Shown piece by piece: positions 1 through 8,687 of a stretch of 36,458 nucleotides of DNA. The notes beneath the pieces were generated by a model. It had not been told where the DNA came from, did no database searches, and was given only the letters and a program-made list of their open reading frames with translations. A program made the translations under genes and the position numbers. The DNA comes from a virus. Lineage: Duplodnaviria > Caudoviricetes. Position 1 is the stretch's first letter, and the number at the start of each line of letters is the position of its first letter. The stretch is taken from positions 1 to 36,458 of the IMG/VR virus record IMGVR_UViG_3300032318_002431, one strand, 5' to 3'.

Positions 1-123
1 AGGTCGTATATTGTTTTTTGTGTTCCTACTGATCCTGACATAATTTATTTTTTTTTAATTTTTAAAAGTTGTTAATATGTTGCGTTCTAAGATTTTCAAA
101 TATATAAATTTGCTCTTCTTCGG
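1..123. repeat. Terminal direct repeat, left copy (circular assembly overlap)
   Basis: 1-123 is identical to 36336-36458. Joining the ends places the protease gene directly upstream of the capsid gene. Confidence 0.97.
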
Positions 124-1117
124 AAATTTTTGCAAATTTTTCTTGATATTTTTCTATTTTTTCTCCTCTTTGTAAAAGTTCTCTTAGAGGGGCTTCTTGC
201 TGGTTTGCTTTTGCGTAAGCTGAGGCGTTAAATTCTATTTTTTCGATAGTTTTTTCCTCAGTTTTTTTTGATAAAACTTGTGAAATTTTAATCAAAGAAA
301 AAATATCTTGTTGCATAGCAACTAAATCTTTATTCTTTTCTTCGATTTTAAATTCGGCTACCAAAAATTCTGCTGCTTTTTTTAAATTTTCTTTACCTTC
401 ATTTTGAAGTGATATAATTCTACTCTGCAATTCTTCTATCTGCGTTTTTTTGGCAGAAATTTGTTCTTTTGCAACCGATAATTCGGCTTGCATTTTTTCT
501 AATTCCATAATTTTTGATTTTATATTAAGTTCTTTTTTTGCTGCTATTTTTATTGATTCTATTTTATCCGCAGTATAATAGCTAACTGATTTATCAATTA
601 TTCCAAGTTGTTTTAATTCTTCATAATCCGTAAAATAATAGTCTTTTTTCGTGTCTATAATGTTTTTAAAAACTTCATAATCTACACCCGTAAGCTCGTT
701 TAATTTTTTTGCGAATGAAATATTAGCAATTTCCGTAATAGCTTTTTGCTCGTCTTCGGAAATTTTTGATTGGTCAAAATTCGGAGCAATGCTAGCGGTG
801 TGTATCATAACCCCAGCATTAGAGCCTAAATATCTATGTTTTTTTGATCCAGCAGCCGCAATTAATGAAGCGGCTGAATAGGCTCTTCCCGTTACAGTAG
901 TTTCTACGATAACTTTTTTTGTTTTGATTTCTTCTAAGAAATCCAAGATAGCATAAGCCGCTTCAAGAGATCCTCCCAAACTATCAATCATTATTTCAAC
1001 TACTTTTACATCAGTATTTTCTGTGAAAATCCGCTTTAAGTCAGCTAAAATAGTATCTTCACCTATATTTTTGTTTAAATAAAGCGTAAAAGATCCGTTT
1101 TTGTTATCAATATACAT
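62..1117 (-). CDS. ClpP-like prohead protease with C-terminal coiled-coil scaffold
   Basis: IDSLGGSL, AYSAAS (catalytic Ser), VMIH (His) and DYYFT motifs; heptad-rich C-terminus; directly upstream of the capsid gene across the junction. Confidence 0.88.
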   Translation of the reverse strand: MYIDNKNGSFTLYLNKNIGEDTILADLKRIFTENTDVKVVEIMIDSLGGSLEAAYAILDFLEEIKTKKVIVETTVTGRAYSAASLIAAAGSKKHRYLGSNAGVMIHTASIAPNFDQSKISEDEQKAITEIANISFAKKLNELTGVDYEVFKNIIDTKKDYYFTDYEELKQLGIIDKSVSYYTADKIESIKIAAKKELNIKSKIMELEKMQAELSVAKEQISAKKTQIEELQSRIISLQNEGKENLKKAAEFLVAEFKIEEKNKDLVAMQQDIFSLIKISQVLSKKTEEKTIEKIEFNASAYAKANQQEAPLRELLQRGEKIEKYQEKFAKISEEEQIYIFENLRTQHINNF

Positions 1118-1125
1118 AATATCCG

Positions 1126-1133
1126 CAAATGTA
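1126..1133 (-). promoter_or_regulatory. Bacteroidota-type -7 promoter box (TACATTTG)
   Basis: TAnnTTTG match in the intergenic gap just upstream of the protease ATG at 1117. Confidence 0.55.
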
Positions 1134-1161
1134 TGAAAAAAAAATAATATTTAATTATTTT

Positions 1162-1665
1162 TTAATTTTTTTTTACACAAAATATATTTTCCACAGAATT
1201 TATATCTCCAACTTCGCTTGGTATAGGTTTATTTATTTTTTCATGATTACTAAAAATCATAATAGAATACTTTTGCTCTCTTATAATTAATTCTGTGTGT
1301 GGCAATACCGGAGTTTCTCCTCTGAAAGTCAAAGATCCAAATGGGCTATCTTGCTGCATCATTCTTACCTCTAAATTGTCGCAAAAAATAAATATTTCCC
1401 TGTGTTTTTCAATGTTAAAATCTTTATTTTTAATACAAACAAAAAGAGAGAAATCAATCTGTTTCTCTAAAGAAAAATTGTCTTGGCTCGAGTTATAACT
1501 GATATATTCGCTGTTAAAATCTAAATTAAATAGCAATGCATTTTCGGAATGAAATATATCCGCATTTTCTTCCTCATTTTGATTGTTCCAAGTTCCAAAA
1601 AAATCAAAACCTATTTCTTCCGATATAGTCTGAATATATTCTAAAAGATCGTTACGCCAACCCAT
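1162..1665 (-). CDS. Putative tail terminator / tail completion protein (Mu gp37-like)
   Basis: 167 aa, acidic, WNNQ motif near the N-terminus; follows the virion morphogenesis gene. Confidence 0.5.
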   Translation of the reverse strand: MGWRNDLLEYIQTISEEIGFDFFGTWNNQNEEENADIFHSENALLFNLDFNSEYISYNSSQDNFSLEKQIDFSLFVCIKNKDFNIEKHREIFIFCDNLEVRMMQQDSPFGSLTFRGETPVLPHTELIIREQKYSIMIFSNHEKINKPIPSEVGDINSVENIFCVKKN

Positions 1666-1667
1666 TT

Positions 1668-2075
1668 TTATCTTATATTACTTTTTAAAATTTTTTCAAT
1701 TACGGTTTCAATTTTACGATCTAAAGCAGTTGATTTTCCTAAAAACTCCCTAGCTTCCATGTTATTTGTTCCAAAATTTATGTTATCTGAATAATCTAAA
1801 TTCGAACTTATAACCACTTGGTCGGATGTTATTTTGTATGTTTTAACTGAATTTCTTAAAGATCCAGTTTTAACTAAAATTGCCCTTTCAGGATCTTTGT
1901 TGTTTTTTCTTTTAGCCCATTTTCCCGCATCGGTCTGTCCTCCTCCATTTCTAAAACCAGCTTTAAAATGCCTTACAGCTATTAACGCAATTTCTTTTGA
2001 AATATTTATTTTAGCCTGTTTTGTTTGTTTTTCCAATAATTTTGACAAATTATTAACCATCGTTACGCTTACCAT
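1668..2075 (-). CDS. Phage virion morphogenesis protein (Mu gpG / P2 gpS-like)
   Basis: KWAKRK...ILVKTGSLRNS...YSDNINFG...REFLG motif series. Confidence 0.85.
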   Translation of the reverse strand: MVSVTMVNNLSKLLEKQTKQAKINISKEIALIAVRHFKAGFRNGGGQTDAGKWAKRKNNKDPERAILVKTGSLRNSVKTYKITSDQVVISSNLDYSDNINFGTNNMEAREFLGKSTALDRKIETVIEKILKSNIR

Positions 2076-2082
2076 ATTATTA

Positions 2083-2628
2083 TTATTGTATTAAAAAAGA
2101 AGAAAAATCTAAAACATCATCAAAGCAACTCTCTAAATCCATTGTAAAAGGAATTTGACTGATATTTTGCTTGCTGCCAAAATTAAAACTTTTTAAAATA
2201 ACTTTATTTATCTTAGGGTTATTGTTTAACTCAGAATGCCTTATATTGATACCCTCCGCCACTTGATTGTACCCAAAGAATGCGTCCAGCTTATCCTTTG
2301 GGTAAAGCGTGTCTAACTCGCTTACTATCTTTCCCTGTATACGTATTTGGTATGGGCTTAAATTCCAAAATTCCTGAATTACCCCCAAATCTCTTACAGA
2401 GGTTCTTATTATTTCTTTTTCGTTAGAAAAATCTGTAATAAAAAAATGTAAAAAACTAAGTGTAGGCAATACTTTTGTACTTCCGTTGCTCATCCTGTAG
2501 CTACCGCCTACAAAATCAAAACGATCTAAAGCGATAGCTAGGGTCGGAAATACACCCTTAGGCAATAGTTCTTGATACGTGCCGTTAATACGTATTGTAG
2601 CAACCTCTGTTATCTCGCCTATTTTCAT
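2083..2628 (-). CDS. Putative tail tube initiator (DUF6046 / gpU-like)
   Basis: KEIIRTSV...GVIQEF...YQIRIQG pattern, as in Bacteroidota myophage DUF6046-type proteins. Confidence 0.55.
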   Translation of the reverse strand: MKIGEITEVATIRINGTYQELLPKGVFPTLAIALDRFDFVGGSYRMSNGSTKVLPTLSFLHFFITDFSNEKEIIRTSVRDLGVIQEFWNLSPYQIRIQGKIVSELDTLYPKDKLDAFFGYNQVAEGINIRHSELNNNPKINKVILKSFNFGSKQNISQIPFTMDLESCFDDVLDFSSFLIQ

Positions 2629-3410
2629 TTTAGATTAAAATTGGTTTTTTTAAAACTTTCTTTATATTCGGAGGGCATATTGAAGTACGAGTGCTTACCT
2701 CGCCCTTCTTCTTTGAATATCCAATCTGTTTTTGCCGGATTTCTCGCAAAGTCTGCATTTTTTTTGAAAAAATCTTTTATTTCTTTAGTTTTATTTTCAA
2801 TTTCGTTTTTGGGCGAAACCTTAAAATCACTTTCAAACTTGCTAACACCAACTATACTACAGCGGCAATTGTAGCCATTTGGTGGGGTTATACTATCCCA
2901 CAAAGGGTCGTTAATTGGCAAAATTAGTCCGTTAAGTGATTCGTGGTCATCACGTGTAAGTTCATCTCCAACTGCTATATACTGCAAGTATTCCGATCCT
3001 AACTCTCTATTTTCATTGAAGATTTTCGCTTGTTCAATGTTCGAAACTGCATTATTTCTTTCTGCTTCTAAATAGCTTACATTATAGGTTTCGAACGCTT
3101 CAAAGGCTAGCTCTTTGAATTTTTTAAATTCAGTTTTATTTCCGTTTTCATCGTAAATTAAAGAGGTCAAATATTGAGCCTCTTGAAATGTTTTTGCTCC
3201 GCTAAACCTTCCTATATTTTGGCTTTTTTTTTCTAAAATCTTTGTAGAAAAAAAACTTTTTTTTATAGAAACAATAGGGCTATTTAATTCTTCAAAATTA
3301 TATTCGTAAATAAAATTAAAGTCTGATAAATCGTTTAATCTCATTCCTTTTTTGTAAGAATACAAAGTCGGCAAAAAATCTTTAAATTTATTTCTTGTTT
3401 TTTCGATCAT
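2625..3410 (-). CDS. Minor head / head morphogenesis protein (Mu gpF / SPP1 gp7 family)
   Basis: LQYIAVGDELTRDDH...W...PPNGYNCRC signature. Confidence 0.92.
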   Translation of the reverse strand: MIEKTRNKFKDFLPTLYSYKKGMRLNDLSDFNFIYEYNFEELNSPIVSIKKSFFSTKILEKKSQNIGRFSGAKTFQEAQYLTSLIYDENGNKTEFKKFKELAFEAFETYNVSYLEAERNNAVSNIEQAKIFNENRELGSEYLQYIAVGDELTRDDHESLNGLILPINDPLWDSITPPNGYNCRCSIVGVSKFESDFKVSPKNEIENKTKEIKDFFKKNADFARNPAKTDWIFKEEGRGKHSYFNMPSEYKESFKKTNFNLK

Positions 3411-3449
3411 TTTTTTCTATAAAAAGTCGCTTTAAAAGATACATCTGGG

Positions 3450-3457
3450 CAAACATA
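3450..3457 (-). promoter_or_regulatory. Bacteroidota-type -7 promoter box (TATGTTTG)
   Basis: TAnnTTTG match in the intergenic region upstream of the gpF-like gene. Confidence 0.45.
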
Positions 3458-3482
3458 ACTGTTACCGTGAAGATTGGTAATT

Positions 3483-3869
3483 TTAAATCTTCTTGCGAAA
3501 CAAGAAAATTAAAAATAGTTGATATAATTGCTTCCATGTGCTTTTTATTTTATGTGCTAAGTTTAGAGAAAAAAAAAGAAAAGAAATTATAGCTGACAAA
3601 AAAATATAAGAAAATATTTTGGTGCTAGAGTAGTTAATTTTAATAAATTCCGCTAAAAAACCTAAAAAAATAGCAGGAATAAGAAGCATTATAGATGATA
3701 ATGCCACTAAATTTGATTTTTTTATTTCTTCTGATTTTGCTCTTTCTAAAAGTAAATTTAAAACGAGAATCAAAAGGCTCGTGTGCAATAAAAAACGAGT
3801 TATAATCTCGTTTGGATAAATTGAATTTAAAGCATATGCAAAAATAACAATTAAAACTTGTAATATCAT
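3483..3869 (-). CDS. Four-TM membrane protein (holin candidate or accessory membrane protein), 128 aa
   Basis: Four hydrophobic segments and a basic C-terminus. Start reassigned to ATG 3869 (MILQV), which overlaps the upstream TGA (ATGA). Confidence 0.7.
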   Translation of the reverse strand: MILQVLIVIFAYALNSIYPNEIITRFLLHTSLLILVLNLLLERAKSEEIKKSNLVALSSIMLLIPAIFLGFLAEFIKINYSSTKIFSYIFLSAIISFLFFSLNLAHKIKSTWKQLYQLFLIFLFRKKI

Positions 3870-4009
3870 GCTTCCTCGTCCTCTTCTACTTCTTCTACTT
3901 CTTCTACTTCTTCTACTTCTTCTACTTCTAATTCTTTTGGACCACCACCGCAGCACTCTTCCAATTTACGTTCGTCAGCTAAAATTTGGTCTTCGTTTTT
4001 TTCTATCAT
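3866..4009 (-). CDS. Unannotated 47-aa acidic peptide MIEKNEDQILADERKLEECCGGGPKELE(VEE)5DEEA
   Basis: ATG at 4009 with A-rich leader, TATATTTG box at 4029-4036, and stop overlapping the next ATG. Too short for the ORF track. Confidence 0.75.
   Translation of the reverse strand: MIEKNEDQILADERKLEECCGGGPKELEVEEVEEVEEVEEVEEDEEA
3883..3930. repeat. 9-bp tandem repeat (CTTCTACTT) x5 plus partial copy
   Basis: Read directly; encodes (VEE)5 on the minus strand. Confidence 0.95.
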
Positions 4010-4028
4010 TTTGTTTATTTTTTTTTTA

Positions 4029-4036
4029 CAAATATA
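4029..4036 (-). promoter_or_regulatory. Bacteroidota-type -7 promoter box (TATATTTG)
   Basis: TAnnTTTG match about 20 nt upstream of the acidic peptide ATG. Confidence 0.55.
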
Positions 4037-4059
4037 TGTTTTTTTTTTTATAAAAAAAA

Positions 4060-4476
4060 TTAAATATAATTTCTTGTTATTTCAACCCTTAGGCTACCTT
4101 TTCCTCTTAAAAATCCAATCATTTTTTTTAAAGCTGTTTTGCTGTCTTTTATGCCCAAAATATCCGCAGACATACCTATTAAAATACAACCCTTGGTATC
4201 TTTCGCTGTATTACCTGCGTGTATTAAAATTTCAGAAAACCATGGCACGTTTTGCACCCAAATACATTCTCCGAATTTTGGGCTTGTATGAAAAATAGCA
4301 TCGTAACTTCCGCAAGGTATTGCGGTCATTCCGTCTATTTTACTTTTCCCACCATTTTGGTCTAAAAATCTATCTTTCGGTTCAAGGGTGAAAAAGGTCT
4401 CTAAAAAACCCTCTAATTCCATCACGCCAAAACATCCGTGTGCCTCATTTCTTTTTCTTACTATCTTTATTTTCAT
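4060..4476 (-). CDS. DUF5675-like protein, putative endolysin (L,D-transpeptidase-like fold)
   Basis: TLEP...TAIPCGSY...ILIHAGNTAKDTKGCIL with conserved His and Cys; flanked by membrane-protein genes. Confidence 0.75.
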   Translation of the reverse strand: MKIKIVRKRNEAHGCFGVMELEGFLETFFTLEPKDRFLDQNGGKSKIDGMTAIPCGSYDAIFHTSPKFGECIWVQNVPWFSEILIHAGNTAKDTKGCILIGMSADILGIKDSKTALKKMIGFLRGKGSLRVEITRNYI

Positions 4477-4741
4477 CTTTTAAATTATTTTCTTGACTTG
4501 CTTTATTTTCTTGCCCTAAAACCAAACCCTCACTTTTTTTTGCGTTTATTGTATTTTTTGTTTCGACAGAACTAGAATAAGTCGGTCTATTTGTTATAAC
4601 CAATATTACGCTATCCGAAGTTCTTTTAATATCCACTTTTTCTTGCTGCAATGTTTTAAAAGTAAAAAAATGCTGATAAGAAATAAAGCAAAAAGAAGAA
4701 ATTAACGCCGTGGCTAAAACTGTTATAATGTAAGATTTCAT
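4445..4741 (-). CDS. N-terminally membrane-anchored protein (lysis accessory / spanin-like candidate)
   Basis: Single N-terminal hydrophobic helix; overlaps the start of the DUF5675-like gene. Confidence 0.45.
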   Translation of the reverse strand: MKSYIITVLATALISSFCFISYQHFFTFKTLQQEKVDIKRTSDSVILVITNRPTYSSSVETKNTINAKKSEGLVLGQENKASQENNLKDENKDSKKKK

Positions 4742-4745
4742 TTTT

Positions 4746-7217
4746 TTAATATATCCTTGTTAAATTTATTAAAACTAAGTCTGTGCCACTGCTACCAGTT
4801 AATCTAAGTTTAACCTCGTACAACTCACTATTTGACACAAATATCTCATAATCTAAAAATTCTGCTGATCCATCTAATCCTCCATTTGCATAAGTATCAA
4901 AAGTTGTAGTTAAAACAACGTTTGGAGAAAAAGCATTGGTTGTAAGTCCACCGTTAAATATTTGCCTTGCCGTTATCAGCTGACAAGTCAAAGTACCACT
5001 AACACAAGCTATATCAAGGTTTCCTCCTGTTCCATTTGCATTGTACCTAACTTTAATATTGCTAACCGTTGTAACACTATTGGCAATAGCCGAGGCTAAA
5101 GGTGCCGACGTGGTTTGGTACAATTGACTTACAGAATTTACAGTTGTATTGGCTGCCCACCCCTGTATTGGTATCTCAACTTGAAAGGTTATAATTTGAC
5201 CGTTGGCAAACAATGTAGTGCCTGTTAATGGATTTAATGAATTGGGTTGAGTTCCTGCGTTTCCCCCTTCATAATTTATATAAATCACTGAATCACCAGC
5301 TTTTGCAATGGAACTATACCCCCTACCGCTAGTAGTTGTGTCCCCGCCCCAAACTGCTGTACCTACCGTTGCGTAGTTGGTCGAAAAAATACTTGAAATA
5401 GTCAAGCCAGTGGGCAAGGAAAAAGAAGCTAAAGCGTTGTTGGTAACTCCCACGTTCATATACCCCAGTATAATCGCTACAGGGCCTCTTCTTGCCCAAG
5501 AAAATTTAACATTTGTCGGCGTGCCATAACCGGTGAAAGTTGGCGTGTAAGTAACTAAGTCGGTTAAGTTTGGAATAGACAAAGTTGTTGCTCCTGAACT
5601 GCCTGAACCTCCGCTATTAATCATCCATCCATTTGTGGTGTTATAAATTAATGTCGCAATTTTATTTGGCTCTAAGTTCGTGCCGTAAAGATTAAAGCTA
5701 GCTGTACCAGTATTGCATACATAAACTAATTTTTGATTAGTGGTAACACTGGGATTTGGTAAAGTAACCGTCTGCCCTGCCGTTGTTTGTGCAATGTTAA
5801 AAGCCTCAAATATATCCACGGTTGCAGTTGCTAAACCTATCACACCACCAGTTGGCAAGTTAGTAATTGTTAAAGCGTTGGGTATTTTAGCGGACAACAA
5901 AGAACCGTCTATATTTGATCCTACAACATTTATATTGTTTATACCGACATAAGCCACCCCACCACCCACGCCTGCCGAAGCATCTCCGTAAGGTGTTGCG
6001 GTTGTAAATATTGCTTGTCCAGTATTGTTTAATGTTGTTGCATTTCGCACAACGCTAATAAATCCAATCAAAAGAGCGTTGCCAATAGAATTAATTGGGT
6101 TGGCAACGAAACTTTCGTTTGGTATTGCTGCTGTTGCTGTTGCTAAGCTAGTATAAACCTGCTGTCCGTATTGGATAACAATACCGCCGTTGGCTTGAAT
6201 ATAAACTCTATGATTTATCGCTGTACCGTTAGCACCACCATTGGCAGTTATAACCCCGTTGCTGTCAAAATTAGATGCATTAGGCAATGAATTTACAATT
6301 GCGTCAATTATAGAAGTTTGAGTCGCCATTCTAAAATTAAAACCAGTTTGATTTGGCACAATTAAACTGTTAGGCGAATTGATGTTCGAAGAATAGCCAA
6401 CCCCTGTTCCTACTATTTCTCCTCCAATTAAATTTAGAAGCATATTAGCACCATTTGCAACAACTCTTATTCTTCCGACATTTCTATAAGCTGCACCGAT
6501 ATAATCCTGCATCTGCTTACTAGGATTGTACTGTATTGCCTTGTCGTTGATTACATCTAAAATTGAATTTTTTGCATTATTTAAATTCAATCTGCCTAAA
6601 TAAATGTTTGTTCTTCTTTGAGCCGCCGTTGGTTTAGTACTAAGCACTACAACTGCTCCTGCTGAATTGATTAAAATATAATTAACAGAGACGCCAGTAA
6701 TTATCGCATTGTTTGGTGTAAATGGTATGTTTACGGAGGTAATGCTTGGCGTCCCCTCGATTGTTTCATTGTTAATAATTAAACCGCTGCCTGCGGTAAC
6801 TGAAAAAGTAGATCCTGAAGAAATTAATTGAGCTCCTGAAATTACGCCTGTAGAAATTGACGACTTTACAAAATTAGCCAAATCAAATGTTTCTTTTTCG
6901 CCGATTGAATCATCGACAAAAACGCTTGACGAATTTATTATTTTGGGCGTTTTTTTTGAAGCAACTACCCAAGAATTGTTTTCATTTTTAATAAAAGTTT
7001 TTAAAGGAGTACCTCCTTGCATAGTTGGGGGTACGGTAGTGTATTTTAGTAACAATTGCCAAACAGTGCCAGTGTATTGGCATAAGTCGTTTAAACTTAC
7101 GCCAACTGGCAAACCATCTATTGGGGCCACTGTAAATATATATCTACCTGCCGCTAAACTTGCTTTATTTACCGCCGTAAAAAATACCTCGGTTAAATTA
7201 TTATCTGTTATTTTCAT
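4746..7217 (-). CDS. Tail fibre / receptor-binding protein
   Basis: 823 aa, rich in G/T/N/S beta-structure, Gly-Ser linkers, YTPTFTG-type fibre tip module; downstream of baseplate genes. Confidence 0.8.
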   Translation of the reverse strand: MKITDNNLTEVFFTAVNKASLAAGRYIFTVAPIDGLPVGVSLNDLCQYTGTVWQLLLKYTTVPPTMQGGTPLKTFIKNENNSWVVASKKTPKIINSSSVFVDDSIGEKETFDLANFVKSSISTGVISGAQLISSGSTFSVTAGSGLIINNETIEGTPSITSVNIPFTPNNAIITGVSVNYILINSAGAVVVLSTKPTAAQRRTNIYLGRLNLNNAKNSILDVINDKAIQYNPSKQMQDYIGAAYRNVGRIRVVANGANMLLNLIGGEIVGTGVGYSSNINSPNSLIVPNQTGFNFRMATQTSIIDAIVNSLPNASNFDSNGVITANGGANGTAINHRVYIQANGGIVIQYGQQVYTSLATATAAIPNESFVANPINSIGNALLIGFISVVRNATTLNNTGQAIFTTATPYGDASAGVGGGVAYVGINNINVVGSNIDGSLLSAKIPNALTITNLPTGGVIGLATATVDIFEAFNIAQTTAGQTVTLPNPSVTTNQKLVYVCNTGTASFNLYGTNLEPNKIATLIYNTTNGWMINSGGSGSSGATTLSIPNLTDLVTYTPTFTGYGTPTNVKFSWARRGPVAIILGYMNVGVTNNALASFSLPTGLTISSIFSTNYATVGTAVWGGDTTTSGRGYSSIAKAGDSVIYINYEGGNAGTQPNSLNPLTGTTLFANGQIITFQVEIPIQGWAANTTVNSVSQLYQTTSAPLASAIANSVTTVSNIKVRYNANGTGGNLDIACVSGTLTCQLITARQIFNGGLTTNAFSPNVVLTTTFDTYANGGLDGSAEFLDYEIFVSNSELYEVKLRLTGSSGTDLVLINLTRIY

Positions 7218-7232
7218 AGATGGTTTTTTTTA

Positions 7233-8081
7233 TTAATAAGTCGAAAGTCGCACTGAAAAAATACCCGCAGTTGCTCCAGTTGGTGCTGTAATTGTTATAA
7301 GCGGAATTGTGTTTTCTGAAAAAGGTGTTTTTCGAATTTCTTTCGTCCAATATCCATTTGCCGCAAAACTTTGCAGATTAAACCCTGCAGAAGTTTGAAT
7401 ATCTGAATTAGCCATAATTGAAGACGGTGCGGCTGCCGTTCCTACACTAATTGAACCAGTGCCTACCGTTCCGTTCGGTGTTTCTAAAAAGAAAATTTCA
7501 ATTTTGCTTGGTCTTGCACCGATTGGAAAAACCAAAGGGAATTGGTAAGTCCCACTAACCGAAATTGGCACGTCTACGCTCGAAACTATTACGGCGTTTG
7601 AAAGAAGTAAATTTCCTTCCACCCAAACATCGAAACCTGACGAACCGCCGTCGTATTTATAAATATACCCACCAAATAGCGTGTATGCCGGTGTACTTGG
7701 GTATTGAATTGTGGATGTCGTTGTAATCGTTTCGTCTTGCTTGATTACAATTTCAGTGAAAACAGCGGTTAAAATAGTGCCTGCCGTTACGCAACGATAA
7801 ATTTTAAAAGGTGTCATTGCTACTCCGTTCACTGTTACAGCGTCAAACGCCATAACTCCATAGCCCACGGTAAAATCTGTTTCGCCATTAATTGTTGCCG
7901 CTACTCCTGAGCCTGAATCATAAATACCGTCCTTAATTTCGTACGATACGGTTGTGGGGCTGTTCGCAACAATTGCAGCATCAACCTGTTCCTTGGTAAG
8001 AAGAGAGTTTTGGGTTGGCGTTGGATTTTTTACGCCAACTGTTGTTGAAAGGTCGATTTTTACATTGTTTAAAAATTCCAT
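7233..8081 (-). CDS. Putative tail fibre-associated structural protein
   Basis: 282 aa, T/G/V-rich, within the fibre cluster. Confidence 0.55.
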   Translation of the reverse strand: MEFLNNVKIDLSTTVGVKNPTPTQNSLLTKEQVDAAIVANSPTTVSYEIKDGIYDSGSGVAATINGETDFTVGYGVMAFDAVTVNGVAMTPFKIYRCVTAGTILTAVFTEIVIKQDETITTTSTIQYPSTPAYTLFGGYIYKYDGGSSGFDVWVEGNLLLSNAVIVSSVDVPISVSGTYQFPLVFPIGARPSKIEIFFLETPNGTVGTGSISVGTAAAPSSIMANSDIQTSAGFNLQSFAANGYWTKEIRKTPFSENTIPLITITAPTGATAGIFSVRLSTY

Positions 8082-8093
8082 TTTATATTTGTT

Positions 8094-8687
8094 TTATTTG
8101 GTTACTATTTGAAAGTTAATTAATTCGTTTGTGTTATTTTTTAACAAAATTTGCAGTTTGTTTTGCGAATTTACACAATTTTGAGGGAAAAACAAAAGCG
8201 GTTGGCTTTGAGAATCGTCAATAAAATAAGTTAGCAAAGAAATAAAACCATTTATTTCGTTATATTCCTGCTTGTAAAAAACAGTAGCCGTATTGGTTAA
8301 ATTTGAGCTTGTTATTTTTGCTGACAATTCATAAATCGACTTGTTCGGGTAAATATCGCAAATGTTAAAAGCCTGCTCCATGTTTGCTTCTATAATCGCT
8401 GTAAATTCTTGACCATTCGCACCGCCGCTAGTAGTTAAAAAAAAAATATTTTCTTGCAAATATTTCTCTAGCTCTTCGAAATTTTCAAAATCCGTTTTAT
8501 TTTTTATAATTCCATTTTCATCCTCTATACTTTCAAAAATTGAAAAATCAATCTCCAAATCTGTGCCAAAAAAGGCTATTTTATTATTTTGAAAATTTAT
8601 TTGAATTACAGATAAATCCAAGGTTTGTGTAGGTCGTCCGTTATTATTTTGAAATAATAATTTGTTTCCTTTTTTTATTAATTTCAT
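8094..8687 (-). CDS. Hypothetical protein (tail/baseplate cluster)
   Basis: 197-aa ORF with a 4-bp overlap to the upstream gene. Confidence 0.6.
   Translation of the reverse strand: MKLIKKGNKLLFQNNNGRPTQTLDLSVIQINFQNNKIAFFGTDLEIDFSIFESIEDENGIIKNKTDFENFEELEKYLQENIFFLTTSGGANGQEFTAIIEANMEQAFNICDIYPNKSIYELSAKITSSNLTNTATVFYKQEYNEINGFISLLTYFIDDSQSQPLLFFPQNCVNSQNKLQILLKNNTNELINFQIVTK

Noticed and set aside
1-123. 123-bp terminal repeat as a physical virion DTR
   Set aside because: It cuts through the protease 3' end and the capsid 5' end, as expected for an assembler circularisation overlap. Real termini need read-based analysis.
3870-3956. Arg/Ser-rich protamine-like N-terminal extension (GTG 3956) and the poly-Leu + strand ORF 3868-4053
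   Set aside because: Both are alternative readings of the 9-bp repeat. The acidic frame has an ATG, A-rich leader, promoter box and ATGA coupling.
4746-7217. Diversity-generating retroelement or invertible fibre cassette
   Set aside because: No reverse transcriptase or invertase, and no TR/VR pair or flanking inverted repeats noticed.
8084-8091. + strand TATATTTG box antisense to the fibre cluster
   Set aside because: It lies in a 12-bp gap that doubles as an A-rich leader; likely a chance match.
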